Shown here piece after piece: positions 26,781 through 40,615 of a DNA stretch of 64,000 nucleotides (position 1 is the stretch's first letter; each line of letters starts with the position of its first letter). The stretch is taken from contig OZ024743.1 of the NCBI GenBank assembly GCA_964016885.1, positions 273,296,001 to 273,360,000 on the forward strand. Reading direction: 5' to 3'. The position numbers and the translations under genes are program-made. Origin of the DNA: Eledone cirrhosa. Its lineage: Eukaryota. A model generated the notes under the pieces. That model was given only the letters and a program-made list of their open reading frames with translations, was not told the DNA's origin and ran no database searches.

Positions 26781-29558
26781 GCTTTCGAACAGGACTTATT
26801 GAAAACTACCATGAACATTAAGTTCAACAGACATAGAAATAATGAGCTGCAGAACAACATGAAAACCCTACTCCGAAGATTGCAAAATACCAATGGAATT
26901 GTTGTGAAAGCTGACAAGACTTCTAACGTATATACCATGGATATCGATACGTATAATAATTTCATACGCAACGAACTACACAAAAAATATAGAGAAACAA
27001 ATGAAACTACGCTAGCAAATATTAACAACGAGGCATATAAAGTGGTAAAGAATCTCAAGATAGACGATAGAACCGAGCCGATTATACCCGCTACCCCCAC
27101 CTTCAACCTGAAGGACCATAAGGTAAATTTTGACTCTGACCCCAAGATTAGACTTATATGCCCTTCTAAATCAGACATAGGGAAAATTAGTAAACATATA
27201 CTTGACAGAGTAATAACTCAAGTGAAAAAGAAAATTGAAATTAAATTATGGGGCAACACTAGCGAAGCAATTCGCTGGTTTAATAATGTTAAGAATAAGA
27301 ATAAATCTAAGTTTATACAATTTGACATAGACGAATACTACTCTTCCATCTCACCAAGCACTTTACGTAAGGCCCTATCGTTTGCTAAGGCCAATTCCGA
27401 CCTAACGGAGGACGAAATTAATATTATTCTCGAGGCTAGAAAAACCATTATTAAGTTCGATAACTGCTACTGGGAACGTAAGGACAGACCCACAAATTTC
27501 GATATTACCATGGGTTCCAACGACTCGGCGGAGGTCACGGATCTTGTGGGAATTTACATAGCCCACATATTACATAGTAGATTTAGTAATCTACAGGGGG
27601 GGGGGGGATATATAGAGATGACGGGCTCTTATTAGTTAATAACTTGAATAACCAAAATCTTGAAAGGTTACGGAAAAATATTAGAAAATCTTTTAGTGAA
27701 CTGGGTCTAAAAATAACATACGAATACAATCTTAAAGTAGTAAACTTTCTGGACGTAACTCTTAATTTAAATACCGGACAGATACGACCCTTCCACAAGA
27801 TAAATGAGAACCTTACGTATATTGACTTTAACTCTAACCACCCACTCTCCATGATCAAATCAGTTCGCCGGAGTATTTCTCTTAGAATCTCTCGCCTATC
27901 GTCTAACTCTGATATTTTTAGTGAACATGCTGAATACTACAATAATGCATTAAGGAATGCTGACCACCGGGATACAATAGAATACATCGATAGTAATTTC
28001 CACAACACACATAGCTCTACACGTAATCAAGGTATACGTAACCGGGGGACTAAAACACAAGCACACACACACGGTACTACCAGACATACTAATAATAGAA
28101 GATCACCACCAAATAAATCACGTTGTAGAAAGTATATCTGGTATAATCCTATTTTTAATGCCTCGATTAGTACAAAACTATCTCTTTCATTCTTTAAATT
28201 AATCAATAAACACTTCCCTAGTTCCCATAAGTACAGCAAAATTCTGAACTCTAAAACTATTAGACTATCATACTCCACGGCACCAAACCTTGAAGCATAC
28301 ATAAAAAAAAACTTAACTTAAGGCAATTAAACAACTCTACAAAACAAAACATTTTAGTAACAGATGGGCAGAACGCAATATCTGCCTCCCAACCACTAAA
28401 TGGGAGACGGGTATTGCACAACCCACCTGTACCGCTATCACAACCTATCCATGGTATACCCGCTACCCACAACAAAGAATGTAACTGCCATCTACCTGAA
28501 AGATGTCCATTGCAGAATGAATGCCTAAAGTCCAACATTGTTTACCAATGCACGGTTGAATCGAACGAACAGAAATGGTATTATATCGGATCTACCACTA
28601 CATCGTTTAAATCTCGCTGGTACCGTCATCGATTCTCAATCAAACATCCGAATCACCGTTTTGTGACCACGCTCGCCAACAAGACCTGGCAACTCCGTGA
28701 ACACAACCAACAGTTCACCTTAAAATGGGATATACTTTCCAGCGCAAATGCATATCGGAGTGGATCGAAGTACTGCAGGTTATGTAACCTTGAGCTATTT
28801 TACATACTAAAATCCAAAAACAAACTACTTAACGATAGAATTGAACGATCATTATACTGCAACCACAAACTAAAAGCTAAATTCTCTCACTATAAAATAA
28901 CTTAACATTCGAACCCGTAACTACAACACCACTTTCTAGCTAACAACCTTCTCCCCCCCCCCCACACTACAAGACAATACACTACTTATCACTATACATG
29001 GTAACTCAGTACAATTCCTAGATTACTACTACAAAACCAAAAGTTCACTCACCACATATACTTTATCTGTCCCCTCTCTATCTATATATCTCTATCTACA
29101 TCCATTACACTCTCTCTCTCTCACCTTTGACCTACCTCCCTCTCAACATCTATGAACCTGCCCTCTGGGGCAATAAATAATTCCGACCTCAACTATCTAC
29201 GCATCTCTCCAAAAGTAACTAATAAAACCCCTACCATAACATTTTGATTAAGATATCTACAAGCCACTCTCTCCTACTTCTCCAACCCCTGCATATCTTT
29301 CCTTCTCTCTCCTTCTTCCCTACTTTTCTCTCTTCCTGTTCCACTCTATCTTCCCCAACAACCCCACTTAAGGGTTTTTACATTGTACATTTACCATTCT
29401 GCTCTGAGGAAACAGTGGTCACAGCATTGGATATTCGAGTTCTGCAAATACTTGTGAATTTGCACGTAGCGGAACTAGGCTGCAGTACCACCGTGGAAAC
29501 ACTTGTAAGCACACGGAATAAATTAACTTTTTATGATGTCTACCTGTTATTATTCATT

Positions 29559-29565
<7 letters not shown>
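26781..29565 (+). mobile_element. Penelope-like element, right arm: longer 5'-truncated copy with frameshifts at homopolymers
   Basis: ORFs 26799-27635, 27644-28321 and 28414-28905; PLE-typical KADKT motif, RT and GIY-YIG; ends in (TA)n. Confidence 0.93.
29395..29519 (+). ncRNA. Hammerhead-like motif with ~85-nt stem II domain (mirror copy at 24350-24473 -)
   Basis: TGCT-CTGAGGA-AACAGTGGT...ACCACC(G/C)TG-GAAAC-ACTT-GTA-AGCA in the PLE 3' UTR. Confidence 0.55.
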
Positions 29566-29600
<35 letters not shown>

Positions 29601-29636
29601 TAATATATATGGACTGGCGTAATTCCTTAAAGGTTT

Positions 29637-29698
29637 ATTATACTATGAACATTTCAATGACCGGCTTCAGTATGAATCCGGTAACATCATCAGGTATT
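29637..29698 (-). ncRNA. Minimal hammerhead motif in a TA-flanked fragment (29600-29890)
   Basis: ATAC-CTGATGA-TGTTACCGG..CCGGTCATT-GAAA-TGTTCA-TA-GTAT. Confidence 0.55.
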
Positions 29699-29890
29699 CG
29701 AAATTTAACAAAGGAATATAATAGACACAATCCATGGGGCTGAAAAAGAAGAGAAGAAAAAGACGAGAAGGCCGCTAAACAATTAGCAGTTGCCAAGTTG
29801 CCAGATCGGTTGGCCGCATTCCGTAATATTACATCAAGGTTGACTATACGGTATGACCAGTTCTATCCAGTGGTGAACCAACAAACCTAA

Positions 29891-29945
<55 letters not shown>

Positions 29946-30005
29946 CCTGGTCTTAGTATTGCAGAATCTCTCTCTCTCTCTCTTTATATATATATATATA
30001 TATAT

Positions 30006-31483
30006 ACATCATCTCGTGAGGAGGCAGATAAAATATACACAATATTCTCCGGCATGGACGCCAGTATAAAGTTCAGCATGGAACACCACGATGACCGCGG
30101 ATCCCTATCCCTACTGGACTTCCAACTCTAGGTAACAGAGGAAGGCAACATCCACACCTGCTTCTATAATAAAGCCGCCAGCAGGGACCTGTTCGTACAT
30201 TTCAGATCGTCCCTCCCAATCGGTTCCAAGTTCGGATACATAAGGAACGAACTGGCACGTATCCGGAACAAATGCACCGACGCTAGAGACCATGACACAC
30301 ACACCACACATTTCCTGGAAGTACTCAAACTGAACGGATACACGACATCCACCACAAACCGTGCCAGAAAGAACAGAGGACACCACACCCGAGGCACTAA
30401 CACTTGCTTCCTGAAGCTCCCACACTTCAGTGAAGAAACAGCAACAGCCATCCGCAGAGCTATCAGACGAGAAGGACTAGATATCCAACTGGCCCACTCA
30501 GGTCCTTCTCTACGCGGTCAGCTAACCAAAAGACACTCCCCCAGACATGACAACTACTGCAGACTAGTCAACTGCCCCATCAACGACACAGACCTATGCC
30601 ACCAGGCTTACGTCGTATACAGACTAGAGTGTGACAAATGCAACAACTTCTACGTAGGTAGCACCACCAGACCACTCCACATAAGAATAAAAGAACACCT
30701 CAATGCTAACGCTTCCTCATTTAAGAAACACCTAGTTAAATGCAAAAACACCGACAAAACCATAACAGTTAGGATAGAAACTAAGGAAAGAAACCTCGGC
30801 AATCTTAGAATTAAGGAAGCACTAATTATAGACAAAACACGTCCACCAATTAATAATAGATTAGAACTCAACACCCAATTTCTAACTTGATAGAGCTCCT
30901 AGCCCCATATTTACACACACCCCACACACACACACGCACGCACACACACACACACACACACACACGCTTACACCTCCACTTATTCTCTCTCACACATACA
31001 CACACAAAACCAGTTCTAACACGAGATAACATCTATCCCCCACATTTACGTATAAACATATCTTCTCACACTCACACACACACAATCACATACTTACACC
31101 TTCATGCATTCTCCCACACACTTAAACAGGCATGTATAAAAAAAAAACAAAAAAACAAACAAACAAAAACAAACCCCTCTTAAAGGGAAACTACTCTTTA
31201 TCCACGTAATCTTAACTCTTTGACATTAGAGATAGAACAGATACTCGATACCATTTCCTGTCGGCATGACTTGGCAAGCTATTTAGAACACTGGTTTGAC
31301 AACTTTACTTCACTCTGAAGAAGAGATATTATCTCAAAAATTTAGGACATTTAAATAAATCTAAGGTAAAAGACTAATTGTCAACAATATCTTTTGCATT
31401 TACATTCGTTATTCTATGTCCATACCTGCATTGTTTTGGCTTTATTATACATATACAAACGTTTATACCTCATTACGCAATGC
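30006..31483 (+). mobile_element. Second Penelope-like family: 5'-truncated RT thumb + GIY-YIG (reading frame 30006-30890, one stop) plus 3' UTR
   Basis: Manual translation: IKFSME, SLLDF, FVHFRS, LNGY, C...CP.....C, VVYRLECDKCNNFYVGSTTRPLHIRIKEH, KEALII..RPPINNR. Flanked by TA. Missing from the ORF track because there is no start codon. Confidence 0.88.
31303..31371 (+). ncRNA. Degenerate hammerhead motif in the PLE 3' UTR
   Basis: CTGAAGA-A-GAGAT-ATT-ATCTC then AAAAA (GAAA box mutated), and an ATTTA/TAAAT stem ending ATC. Confidence 0.4.
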
Positions 31484-32361
31484 TATATATATATATATAT
31501 ATATATATGCAAAAGTTCTATTTAAATTGTTGGGATACAACAAGCAAATATTTTTATAACTCATATAAAGTACTCGACAAGTATTTGGAGTAAATATACG
31601 ATATTAACAAATGGAAACTATTTAACAGCCATAAATGCACTAAAGCTAATCCTATATATTTATATATATATATATTAAACATTTTTATTTAATAACCGAA
31701 TCGATGTATAACATTAATAATACAAAAAATCATTTATGCTTTGTATGTATATATTATATACGGGAGTAGATATAATATGTATTTTCTGAGTGTGTATGTA
31801 TATATATATATTTATGTGTATTTTTTGCGTGTGTGTAAGTGTTATATGATAGGTAATTTTTCTCTAGCAATATTTAAATTTCAATTTTTAATATATTGAT
31901 CTCAAATCTTAAACTAAATATCTGATCATAGTTAAACAATGATTAATTTCTCATATTATATATATATATTCCATTCATGAATATTAATATTTTTAATTTT
32001 ATTTATTCATTTCATCTCAATTGTTAACTTAACTTAATATGACATGACTTAAGGTTTTCGTTCTCTCCCCCTCTTTCTATCTCTATATTCCTCTCTCTTG
32101 ATTTTTTCTCTCTCTGTCTGGTGTTTTGATATCTCTCTCTTCTCTTTCTTTTTTCTTTTTTTCTTTTTTCTCTTTTTCTTTCATTATATCTCCCTTTCTT
32201 TCTCAACTTTTCTCTCTCTCGGTTCTTCTCTCTCTCTCCGTCTTTTTCCTTCTCCGTGACTTACTAAGATAAACAAATCCAATATCATGATGTCTTCCAA
32301 AACTAACGGTTGCATTTTGAAAGGGTATGTTAAAATTTATTTATAAAACTGGTATATATTG

Positions 32362-32426
32362 TATTTTGTCTGATGAAAGCATACCATAATTTAACATGGC
32401 ATCCTTGAAATATGTATAATAAAATA
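32362..32426 (+). ncRNA. Minimal hammerhead motif (relative of 15586 and 35512)
   Basis: TATTTTGT-CTGATGA-..-GAAA-TATGTA-TA-ATAAAATA; short inverted remnant 32338-32349 vs 32433-32444; followed by (TA)n. Confidence 0.65.
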
Positions 32427-32465
32427 GATATGGTTTTATAAATATAGTTTCCATTTGTTAATATC

Positions 32466-32522
<57 letters not shown>

Positions 32523-34740
32523 CGTCAGTGTGAGTGTGGGTTATATGTATTGGTATGTGTGTATGTGTGTGAGGGTATGGAACTTGCTATGCCATCTGGA
32601 ATCATCCAACTGTAATAATGTTCGTTTAATTTCTTCATTGACATTGTCATGATAGAGACTTGCCTCACATATATGCTTTTCCATTGTCCAGTTTAGGATG
32701 CTTTGTATCTATTGTAACGCTGAATCTGTTACGATCTAAGAGAAATCAGGTCGTGTTAGTTTTCTCCAGATCATTCATGCGCATAAGATTGGGCACACAC
32801 GCGCACGTTATAACTCATGCACGCATGGGCATACTCACCAGCCAAACATAAACGGCAATAAATTACAATACGAATTCAAATTAGAGTATCTGCAGAAAAA
32901 TAAGCGGAAGGATCAAACAACTAATAGATTTTATAAAATCAATAGACCATTTCAGATCAATATAGGATAAATAAACCAATATGCCTCTGAGAAAATTACA
33001 CATGTGTATATGTAAATGCACACGCACGGAGGTGTACGTGTATGTGTGTATGTTTCCATATTTTCGTATGTCTCCAAGTGTGTTTGTGTGTTTCCATCTG
33101 TGTGTCTGTGTGTGATTGATTCAGTTCACTCACTAGAACGATGTGTATTTGTTCTGGTTCTTTTCCCTCGGTGTTAAAATGTCATCGAAGTCAGATTTAG
33201 CTTTCCTTATTTTGGGTACGATAAAACCTAACCGGACTTGTACTTATATAATCGTCTCTCCTTCAATAAAATGAGGAATTTCGAAAAAGTGATTCTGTCT
33301 GGCCATAGATTGTAGTGTATATTCTTTATTTCCTCGTGGTAATTAATGAAGATATAGAAACAATAGTGTACAGAGTGGAACCGCCTACATGCATCTGCAT
33401 TCCTAGCTTTTAGCAAGTGCACCTGATGCACATAGTGACAATATTGACACTGTAACAACTACAATTATAATTATAACATATATAGAAAGAGAGAGATTGA
33501 TTGATAAAAACACCATGTTTTATTCATTCTGACGACTGAAAGCAGATTTATCTGCTTTCAAGAAACCACTGGTAAATGAAATAATTATCTTATGTTGTTT
33601 ATTACATAATTAGATTGATTGATAGATAGATATGTGTGTGTGTATGCGTGTGTGTGTGTGCATCTGCCTGTGTGTGTGAGGAAATATTTACACAAACGGA
33701 TATAAGTATATATGTTTAACTGGGTTCCTCAGTACAAAAAATACCAAATGTATTATTACATTATAACTTACCTTATATCTGTCGTGATCTAATATATTTT
33801 ATAGTTTAACGTTCGTGGTATTGCCCAAAGATAACTAAACAAGCAGGCATAGAATTATTTTTGTCATATACTAGTTGAAGTTTGAAACCTTAGGCATTCA
33901 TGTTAAGATCTTATTCATATAACATAGAGTGCTCTTTTTCTTTGAACTATTTCTTCGGACTACAAATATATGTATATAATATGAATAATGATACAATTAC
34001 ATGACAACATATGTTATATATTTTAGATTATCAGTGGTGTTAATTAACTTGGTAACTAACACCACTGTAACAGTGAAGAGGTTTGGTTATTGTGTAATAT
34101 ACAAATTGTCAATAAGTAATTAAATAGGTGCCATAAAGAAAGTTTCAGAAAATTATTTCTTTAAACTTATCACTTTGTATATATACATAGATTTATATCA
34201 ATCTCCTGAATTATTTGTTTAAATTTCGAAGCGATTTTCAACATTAGGCAGAGAAAATATGCTGCGCATATATTATCATCTGATAGATATTGCCGGAATT
34301 AATATGATACACAAACAAGTAAGGTATTTACTCTAGGGAATGTTGTACAATGTATGTTATATCTATCCTCTGAAATAAAGCTCAAATAAAGATAGAGGGT
34401 TTTGTTTAGGTATACAAGTGACATAATGTTATGTTATTGAATCTGTCAAGTATACTTCTATCAATATATACAAACAGACATCATACACACACACATACAC
34501 GCACGCGCCACGCACGCACACAATCTTACACACACACACACATACACACGCGCGCGCACACACGCACACAATCATACACACACATATACACACTCGCACG
34601 CACACACACACGCGCACGCACGCTCACGCACAAACACACACATATATATATATATATGAGGAGTGCGCATGTCTGTGTATATATATGTATATTCCAAAAA
34701 ATATTATGTATTTTCACAGCCTCTGACAGTTGGGAGGTAA

Positions 34741-34799
34741 ACAGTATATGGTACTGATGAAGGGTAATAACCCAGAAAAATTAGTGTCTGCCAAACTGT
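34741..34799 (+). ncRNA. Hammerhead motif, type I
   Basis: ACAGT..TGGTA-CTGATGA-A-GGGT-AATA-ACCC-A-GAAA-AATTAGT-GTC-TGCCA..ACTGT; stem III is weak. Confidence 0.55.
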
Positions 34800-35043
34800 T
34801 TAGATGCCAACACAAGAGCAAGAATGACGAGGTCATTCTAGCCACATGGCTTCAGAAGCTGTTTGCGTAATTGCAACCGAATCGAATCTTATTATTAATA
34901 TTCGAAAATCTCAGATTTACATTTCTTTTACACGGCCATGTAGAGCGATAAAACTATTTGTTAGTTTTATATAAATATATATATATTGCAAAATGTGTGA
35001 ACTCTTAGGTACTAAAGGAAAAGAATGACTTCACCTTTCCCTT

Positions 35044-35103
<60 letters not shown>

Positions 35104-35253
35104 AATGAGTTGTAGACTCTTTTGATTTGTAATCAACAGAATTATGTTCATAATAGATATGAAGCACTCGACTGGTATTTATCTGGAGTATTATAATAAT
35201 AATAGTAATACATGTAAAATATATCACTATAGCATCATAATTTATTTCATTAT

Positions 35254-35437
35254 AGTGGCTTGCCAGTATCGGTAGAGGTGGGACACTATGCTTTGACGCA
35301 TAGAGTTACGCCTTGCCATTCTGAGTTCAAATCGCGCCAAAGTTAACTTTGCGTTTCATCCTTACGGTGTCGATAAAATAAAGTACCAGTAAAGTACTGG
35401 ATAATTGCTGGCCTTGTGCGAAAAGTAGAGACAATTA
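35254..35437 (+). mobile_element. SINE with possible ATTATA target duplication
   Basis: Same core as 14505 and 55167 (GAGTTCAAATC..CTTTGCGTTTCATCC..GTCGATAAAATAAAGTACCAGT). Confidence 0.8.
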
Positions 35438-35511
35438 TATATATTTCAGGGTTACTAAGTTTAAGTATTTATACATCTGATATTGTTATAGTATTTATAC
35501 TTCTAATACTG

Positions 35512-35571
35512 TATTTTGTCTGATGAGGGCATGCTATAACTTAGTATCCCTGAAATATATATAACAAAATA
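35512..35571 (+). ncRNA. Minimal type I hammerhead ribozyme motif (best-preserved copy)
   Basis: 8-bp stem I TATTTTGT/ACAAAATA, CTGATGA, stem II GGG..ATGCTA/TAGTAT..CCCT, GAAA, palindromic ATATATAT stem III, ATA site. Confidence 0.8.
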
Positions 35572-35626
35572 AATTATGATGCTATAGTGATATATTTTTA
35601 ATTTATCATTATTATTATTATTATTG

Positions 35627-37268
35627 TTCTGTGAGTCTCAGTCATTGATTTATTTAACTGGAAAGTTTGTTGAAATGAATATCAAGCCACTACCTGCAGC
35701 CTCAGATATTCAGGACGTATCTGAGGGTTCTTGCTGTTACCAGAAAGCATGCCTTTTGAATTGTTCCAAAAAGCAAGGCGGGACCAATTTTCTTTAACCA
35801 TCCTTGGAAACTCTTTGAGATAGTAGCTAGTGCGCCTGTGATAATCGGGGCTCCTTTGTACTCATGGCAGTTCCAAATCCTTTTTACCTCCCACTTTAAG
35901 TCCTGGTATCGGTTAATTTTCTCCCTCTCCTTCTCTTGCTCTCTCGTGTCAAATGGGCAGGCTACATCCACAATCAGGCACGATCTTTTACCCTTGTCCA
36001 AAACCATCAGGTCAGGTCTATTGTGTTCCAGTCTCTTGTCCGTCTGTATCCTAAAATCCCACAGCACCTTCACCTTTACCAACTCTGGCTTATGCTCATA
36101 CCACTTCTCAGAATGTGGTAAATTGTTTACTTTGCATAGGCTCCCAGTGGTTCACTCTGCCCATCACATCATGTCTCCAGCCCTTATAGTGAGTCTGGGC
36201 TAGGTGTTTACACTCGGATACAATGTGATCCACAGTCTCCTCTCTCTCCACAGATCCTACACAGTGGGCTAGCCTCCTCCTTGTAAATATGGTGTGTCAG
36301 CCACTTCCTTTTGAGGGCCTCCTCTTGCGCAGCCATTAGCGTTCCTTATGTAGCCTTTTTAAGGTCTCCTCTTTTCAATGAGTTCCCTGTCTGTGGATCT
36401 CTAAATTCAGTTTTCTCAAAGAAGGTACTATGAAGGGATTTTTCATGAAGGTTGCTCTTCCTCCTTAATGTTATTTCCTCCTTGGACATCCACTGGTTTA
36501 TTGTTCTCTCCTTCAGTACAATTCTGAGCATTGGCTCCATACTATCAGTCACGTATTTGTGCAGGTTGTTGTTCTCCATCTTAACACAGTCCTCTATGCT
36601 GATAAGACCTCATCCATCTTCAGATCACTTTAAGTAGAGTCTATCGACATCACTCCTCTAGTGGAACATGTTGTAGAAAGTCAATAGCTTCCTAGTTTTC
36701 CTATCCATTTCTTTTTATTCTGCAACATTCCATCTCAGTATTCCCGCACTGTACCTAATAATAGACACAGCTCGGGAATTTACTGCACTTATGGCATTCC
36801 TACTGTTCAGATGTGACTTTAATACGCTCCTTACTCTCCGAATGATTTCAGATCTTATCAATTCCTTCATTTTTTGTTCTTGATATCACCCAGAACACCT
36901 AAATATTTGTATCCTTCTTCAGTATCAATTTCCTTTATCATCTCACCTGTTGGTACCTGGATTCCGTTGCCTCTGCTCAATTTACCCCTTTTCATCACAA
37001 GGACTCCACACTTACTAATACCAAATTGCATACATATATCATTGCTGAAAATACGGACAGTGCCAACAAGCACATACAACTCCTTCTCACTCTTCCCGAA
37101 GAGCTTAAGATCGTCCATGAAGTGGAGGTGATTGATGGTAAGCTCTCCCTTTTCCCAACTTGTATCCTGCTCTCACTTTTCGCAGTATAATGGTCAGGGG
37201 GATCAGGGCAAGGACAAACAGCAGAGGGGACAAACTATCTCCCTGTAAGATACTTCTCTTGATCTTCA
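35627..37268 (-). mobile_element. R4/Dong family A, copy A3 (5'-truncated)
   Basis: [21 protein letters not shown]; family A 3' UTR; (TTA)n on both sides. Confidence 0.92.
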
Positions 37269-37304
37269 ATTATTATTATTATTTTTATTATTATTATTAT
37301 TATA

Positions 37305-37335
<31 letters not shown>

Positions 37336-37336
<1 letters not shown>

Positions 37337-38968
37337 AGTTGCATTTATCTTGCTTTATGTTCATACGAGTTATCACCAAGTCACAACCAGTGACCTCAAG
37401 AGACAACAAGGTCCGCCATGTTCAAGAAAGAACATACATACTCACACATGCATCTTTAGTGTTTAGACTTGTGATGTACTTATATTGACAGAATCTTCCT
37501 TAGTATATGGGCAGTTCCCATTAGTACTATCTTTTGTATTTCTCCTATACGCGGGTTTCCTGGGATTTGCGATATGTAATCATTAGACCCCTTAGGTATC
37601 ATTCCCAGAGCGCCTACAACCACTGGTATTGTCTTAGTTCTCAATTTCCACATTTTTCCAATTTCTATCTCCAGGTCCTTATACTTGCTAAATTTTTCAA
37701 ATGTTTTTATAGATACATTCTTGTCTATTGGAACAGACATATCAATTAGCAGGCATACCCTCTTTTGAAAGTCTTTCAATATTATATCAGGTCTGTTTGC
37801 ATCTATTTTTCGGTCTGTTTGGATGCTAAAGTTCCACAAGATTGAGATGTGATCTTTTTCAAGTATGGGAGGTGGTTGATGCTCCCACCAATTCTTTTGA
37901 TGGGGCAGGTCAAAATGCTTACACATTATCCAATGTATGTATTGTGTATTGTGCAGCTCTGTCATGCCTGTTTAGGTATTCGGCTGGAGCTATAGGACTG
38001 TACATTGAAATTATATGGTCAATGGTCTCTGGTTGTTTTTTGCATACACGGCATAATGGGCTGCATCCATTTTTTATTATGTTGGCTTGGTAATTTTTTG
38101 TTGGCAGACACTGCGTCTTGTGCCGATATAATCAGTCCTTCAGTCTCCGATTTCAGTCCAGAGGATGCCAACCACTGATGGGTTAAAGTTTTGTCAACAT
38201 CAGGATTGTTAGCTCGCTCTGGGTATTTTCCATGAAGAGGCTTTTCTTGCCATTTCTTAGCCAGTTTCTGTAGCAGTTCTTTCTTTGCAGTTACTTTTAC
38301 CTGCTTTACTTTTTCTGTGTTTTCCATTTCAGCAGTAAATGGGACTGCTGAAATGTGTAGTCCATTACTGTATCTTTGTGAATCTTTTGTAATGGAATAT
38401 GATCTTTTGATGCTTTCGTGTTTCAAAACGAGTTTGATCATCCAATCATGTGATTCCCTTAGATATGTAGATAATCCAATTGTTGCAGTTTTCAACGCAA
38501 TGTCTAACTGGATTAACCCACGTCCTCCTTCTTTCCTAGGGAGATATATTCTATCTATATCTGCTTTAGGGTGATGCATTCTGTGCATGGTTAAGAATTT
38601 TCGAATTTTTGTATCGAGGCTACGGATCTCTGTGCTTGACCAGTTGATGACATTGTAACTGTAGGTTACTACTGGTATAGCAGGCGTGTTTATGGCATCG
38701 ATCCTACTCCTTGCATTCAATTCCGTTTTTAAGATTGCTCTCACTCTGCGGTAACATTCCTTCCTTATCCTTTCCCTCATTGTCGAGTACTTGATTCCGT
38801 CTCCTTCACAAACACCTAGATATTTGTAAGTATATTCTTGATCAAGTTCTCTTATCACGTGCCCCCGATCAAGATTAATGTCTGAACTCTTCAGCAGCTT
38901 TCCTCTGGTGAACGTTGCTTTGGCGCATTTATCCAGACCAAACTCCATTTGAATGTCATCACTGAACT
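37336..38968 (-). mobile_element. R4/Dong family B, copy B3
   Basis: ORFs 38019-38948 and 37480-37965; TTA junctions. Confidence 0.93.
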
Positions 38969-38980
38969 TATTATTATTAT

Positions 38981-40603
38981 TTGCATTTATCTTGCTTTAT
39001 GTTTATACGAGTTATCACCAAGTCACAACCAGTGACCTCAAGAGACAACAAGGTCCGCCATGTTCAAGAAAGAACACACATATTCACACATGCATCCTTA
39101 GTGTTTAGACTTGTGATGTACTTATATTGACAGGATCTTCCTTAGTATATGGGCAGTTCCCATTAGTACTATCTTTTGTATTTCTCCTATACGCGGGTTT
39201 CCTGGGATTTGCGATAAGTAGTCGTTAGACCCCTTAGGTATCATTCCCAGAGCGCCTACAGCCACTGGTATTGTTTTAGTTCTCAATTTCCACATTTTTC
39301 CAATTTCTATCTCCAGGTCCTTATACTTGCTCAATTTATCAAATGTTTTTATAGATACATTCTTGTCTATTGGAACAGACATATCAATTAGCAGGCATAC
39401 CCTCCTTTGAAAGTCCTTCAATATTATATCAGGTCTATTTGCATCTATTTTTCGGTTTGTTTGGATGCTAAAGTTCCACAAGATTGAGATGTGATCTTTT
39501 TCAAGTATGGGTGGTGGTTGATGCTCCCACCAATTCTTTTGATGGGGCAGGTCAAAATGCTTACACATTATCCAATGTATGTATTGTGCAGCTCTGTCAT
39601 GCCTGTTTAGGTATTCGGCTGGAGCTATAGGACTGTACATTGAAATTATATGGTCAATGGTCTCTGGTTGTTTTTTGCATACACGGCATAATGGGCTGCA
39701 TCCATTTTTTATTATGTTGGCTTGGTAATTTTTTGTTGGCAGACACTGCGTCTTGTGCCGATATAATCAGTCCTTCAGTCTCCGATTTCAGTCCAGAGGA
39801 TGCCAACCACTGATGGGTTAAAGTTTTGTCAACATCAGGATTGTTAGCTCGCTCTGGGTATTTTCCATGAAGAGGCTTTTCTTGCCATTTCTTAGCCAGT
39901 TTCTGTAGCAGTTCTTTCTTTGCAGTTACTTTTACCTGCTTTGCTTTTTCTGTGTTTTCCATTTCAGCAGTAAATGGGACTGCTGAAATGTGTAGTCCAT
40001 TACTGTATCTTTGTGAATCTTTTGTAATGGAATATGATCTTTTGATGCTTTCGTGTTTCAAAACGAGTTTGATCATCCAATCATGTGATTCCCTTAGATA
40101 TGTAGATAATCCAATTGTTGCAGTTTTCAACGCAATGTCTAACTGGATTAACCCACGTCCTCCTTCTTTCCTAGGGAGATATATTCTATCTATATCTGCT
40201 TTAGGGTGATGCATTCTGTGCATGGTTAAGAATTTTCGAATTTTTGTATCGAGGCTACGGATCTCTGTGCTTGACCAGTTGATGACATTGTATCTGTAGG
40301 TTACTACTGGTATGGCAAGCGTGTTTATGGCATCGATCCTACTCCTTGCATTCAATTCCGTTTTTAAGATTGCTCTCACTCTGCGGTAACATTCCTTCCT
40401 TATCCTTTCCCTCATTGTCGAGTACTTGATTCCGTCTCCTTCACAAACACCTAGATATTTGTAAGTATATTCTTGATCAAGTTCTCTTATCACGTGCCCC
40501 CGATCAAGATTAATGTCTGAACTCTTCAGCAGCTTTCCTCTGGTGAACGTTGCTTTGGCGCATTTATCCAGACCAAACTCCATTTTAATGTCATCACTGA
40601 ACT
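38981..40603 (-). mobile_element. R4/Dong family B, copy B4 (B3/B5 recombinant)
   Basis: Same 5' truncation point as B3; its 3' part shares variants with B5. Confidence 0.92.
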
Positions 40604-40615
40604 TATTATTATTAT

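Larger units (their letters stand above)
35101..35600. mobile_element. Fold-back element 6, left arm split by a SINE
   Basis: 35217-35253 plus 35438-35462 are the reverse complement of ~35538-35598; left tail runs from (TA)n at 35100. Confidence 0.7.

Noticed and set aside
30887-35227. Several ORFs rich in YI, HT or CV repeats
   Set aside because: Translations of (TA)n, (CA)n and (TG)n microsatellites.
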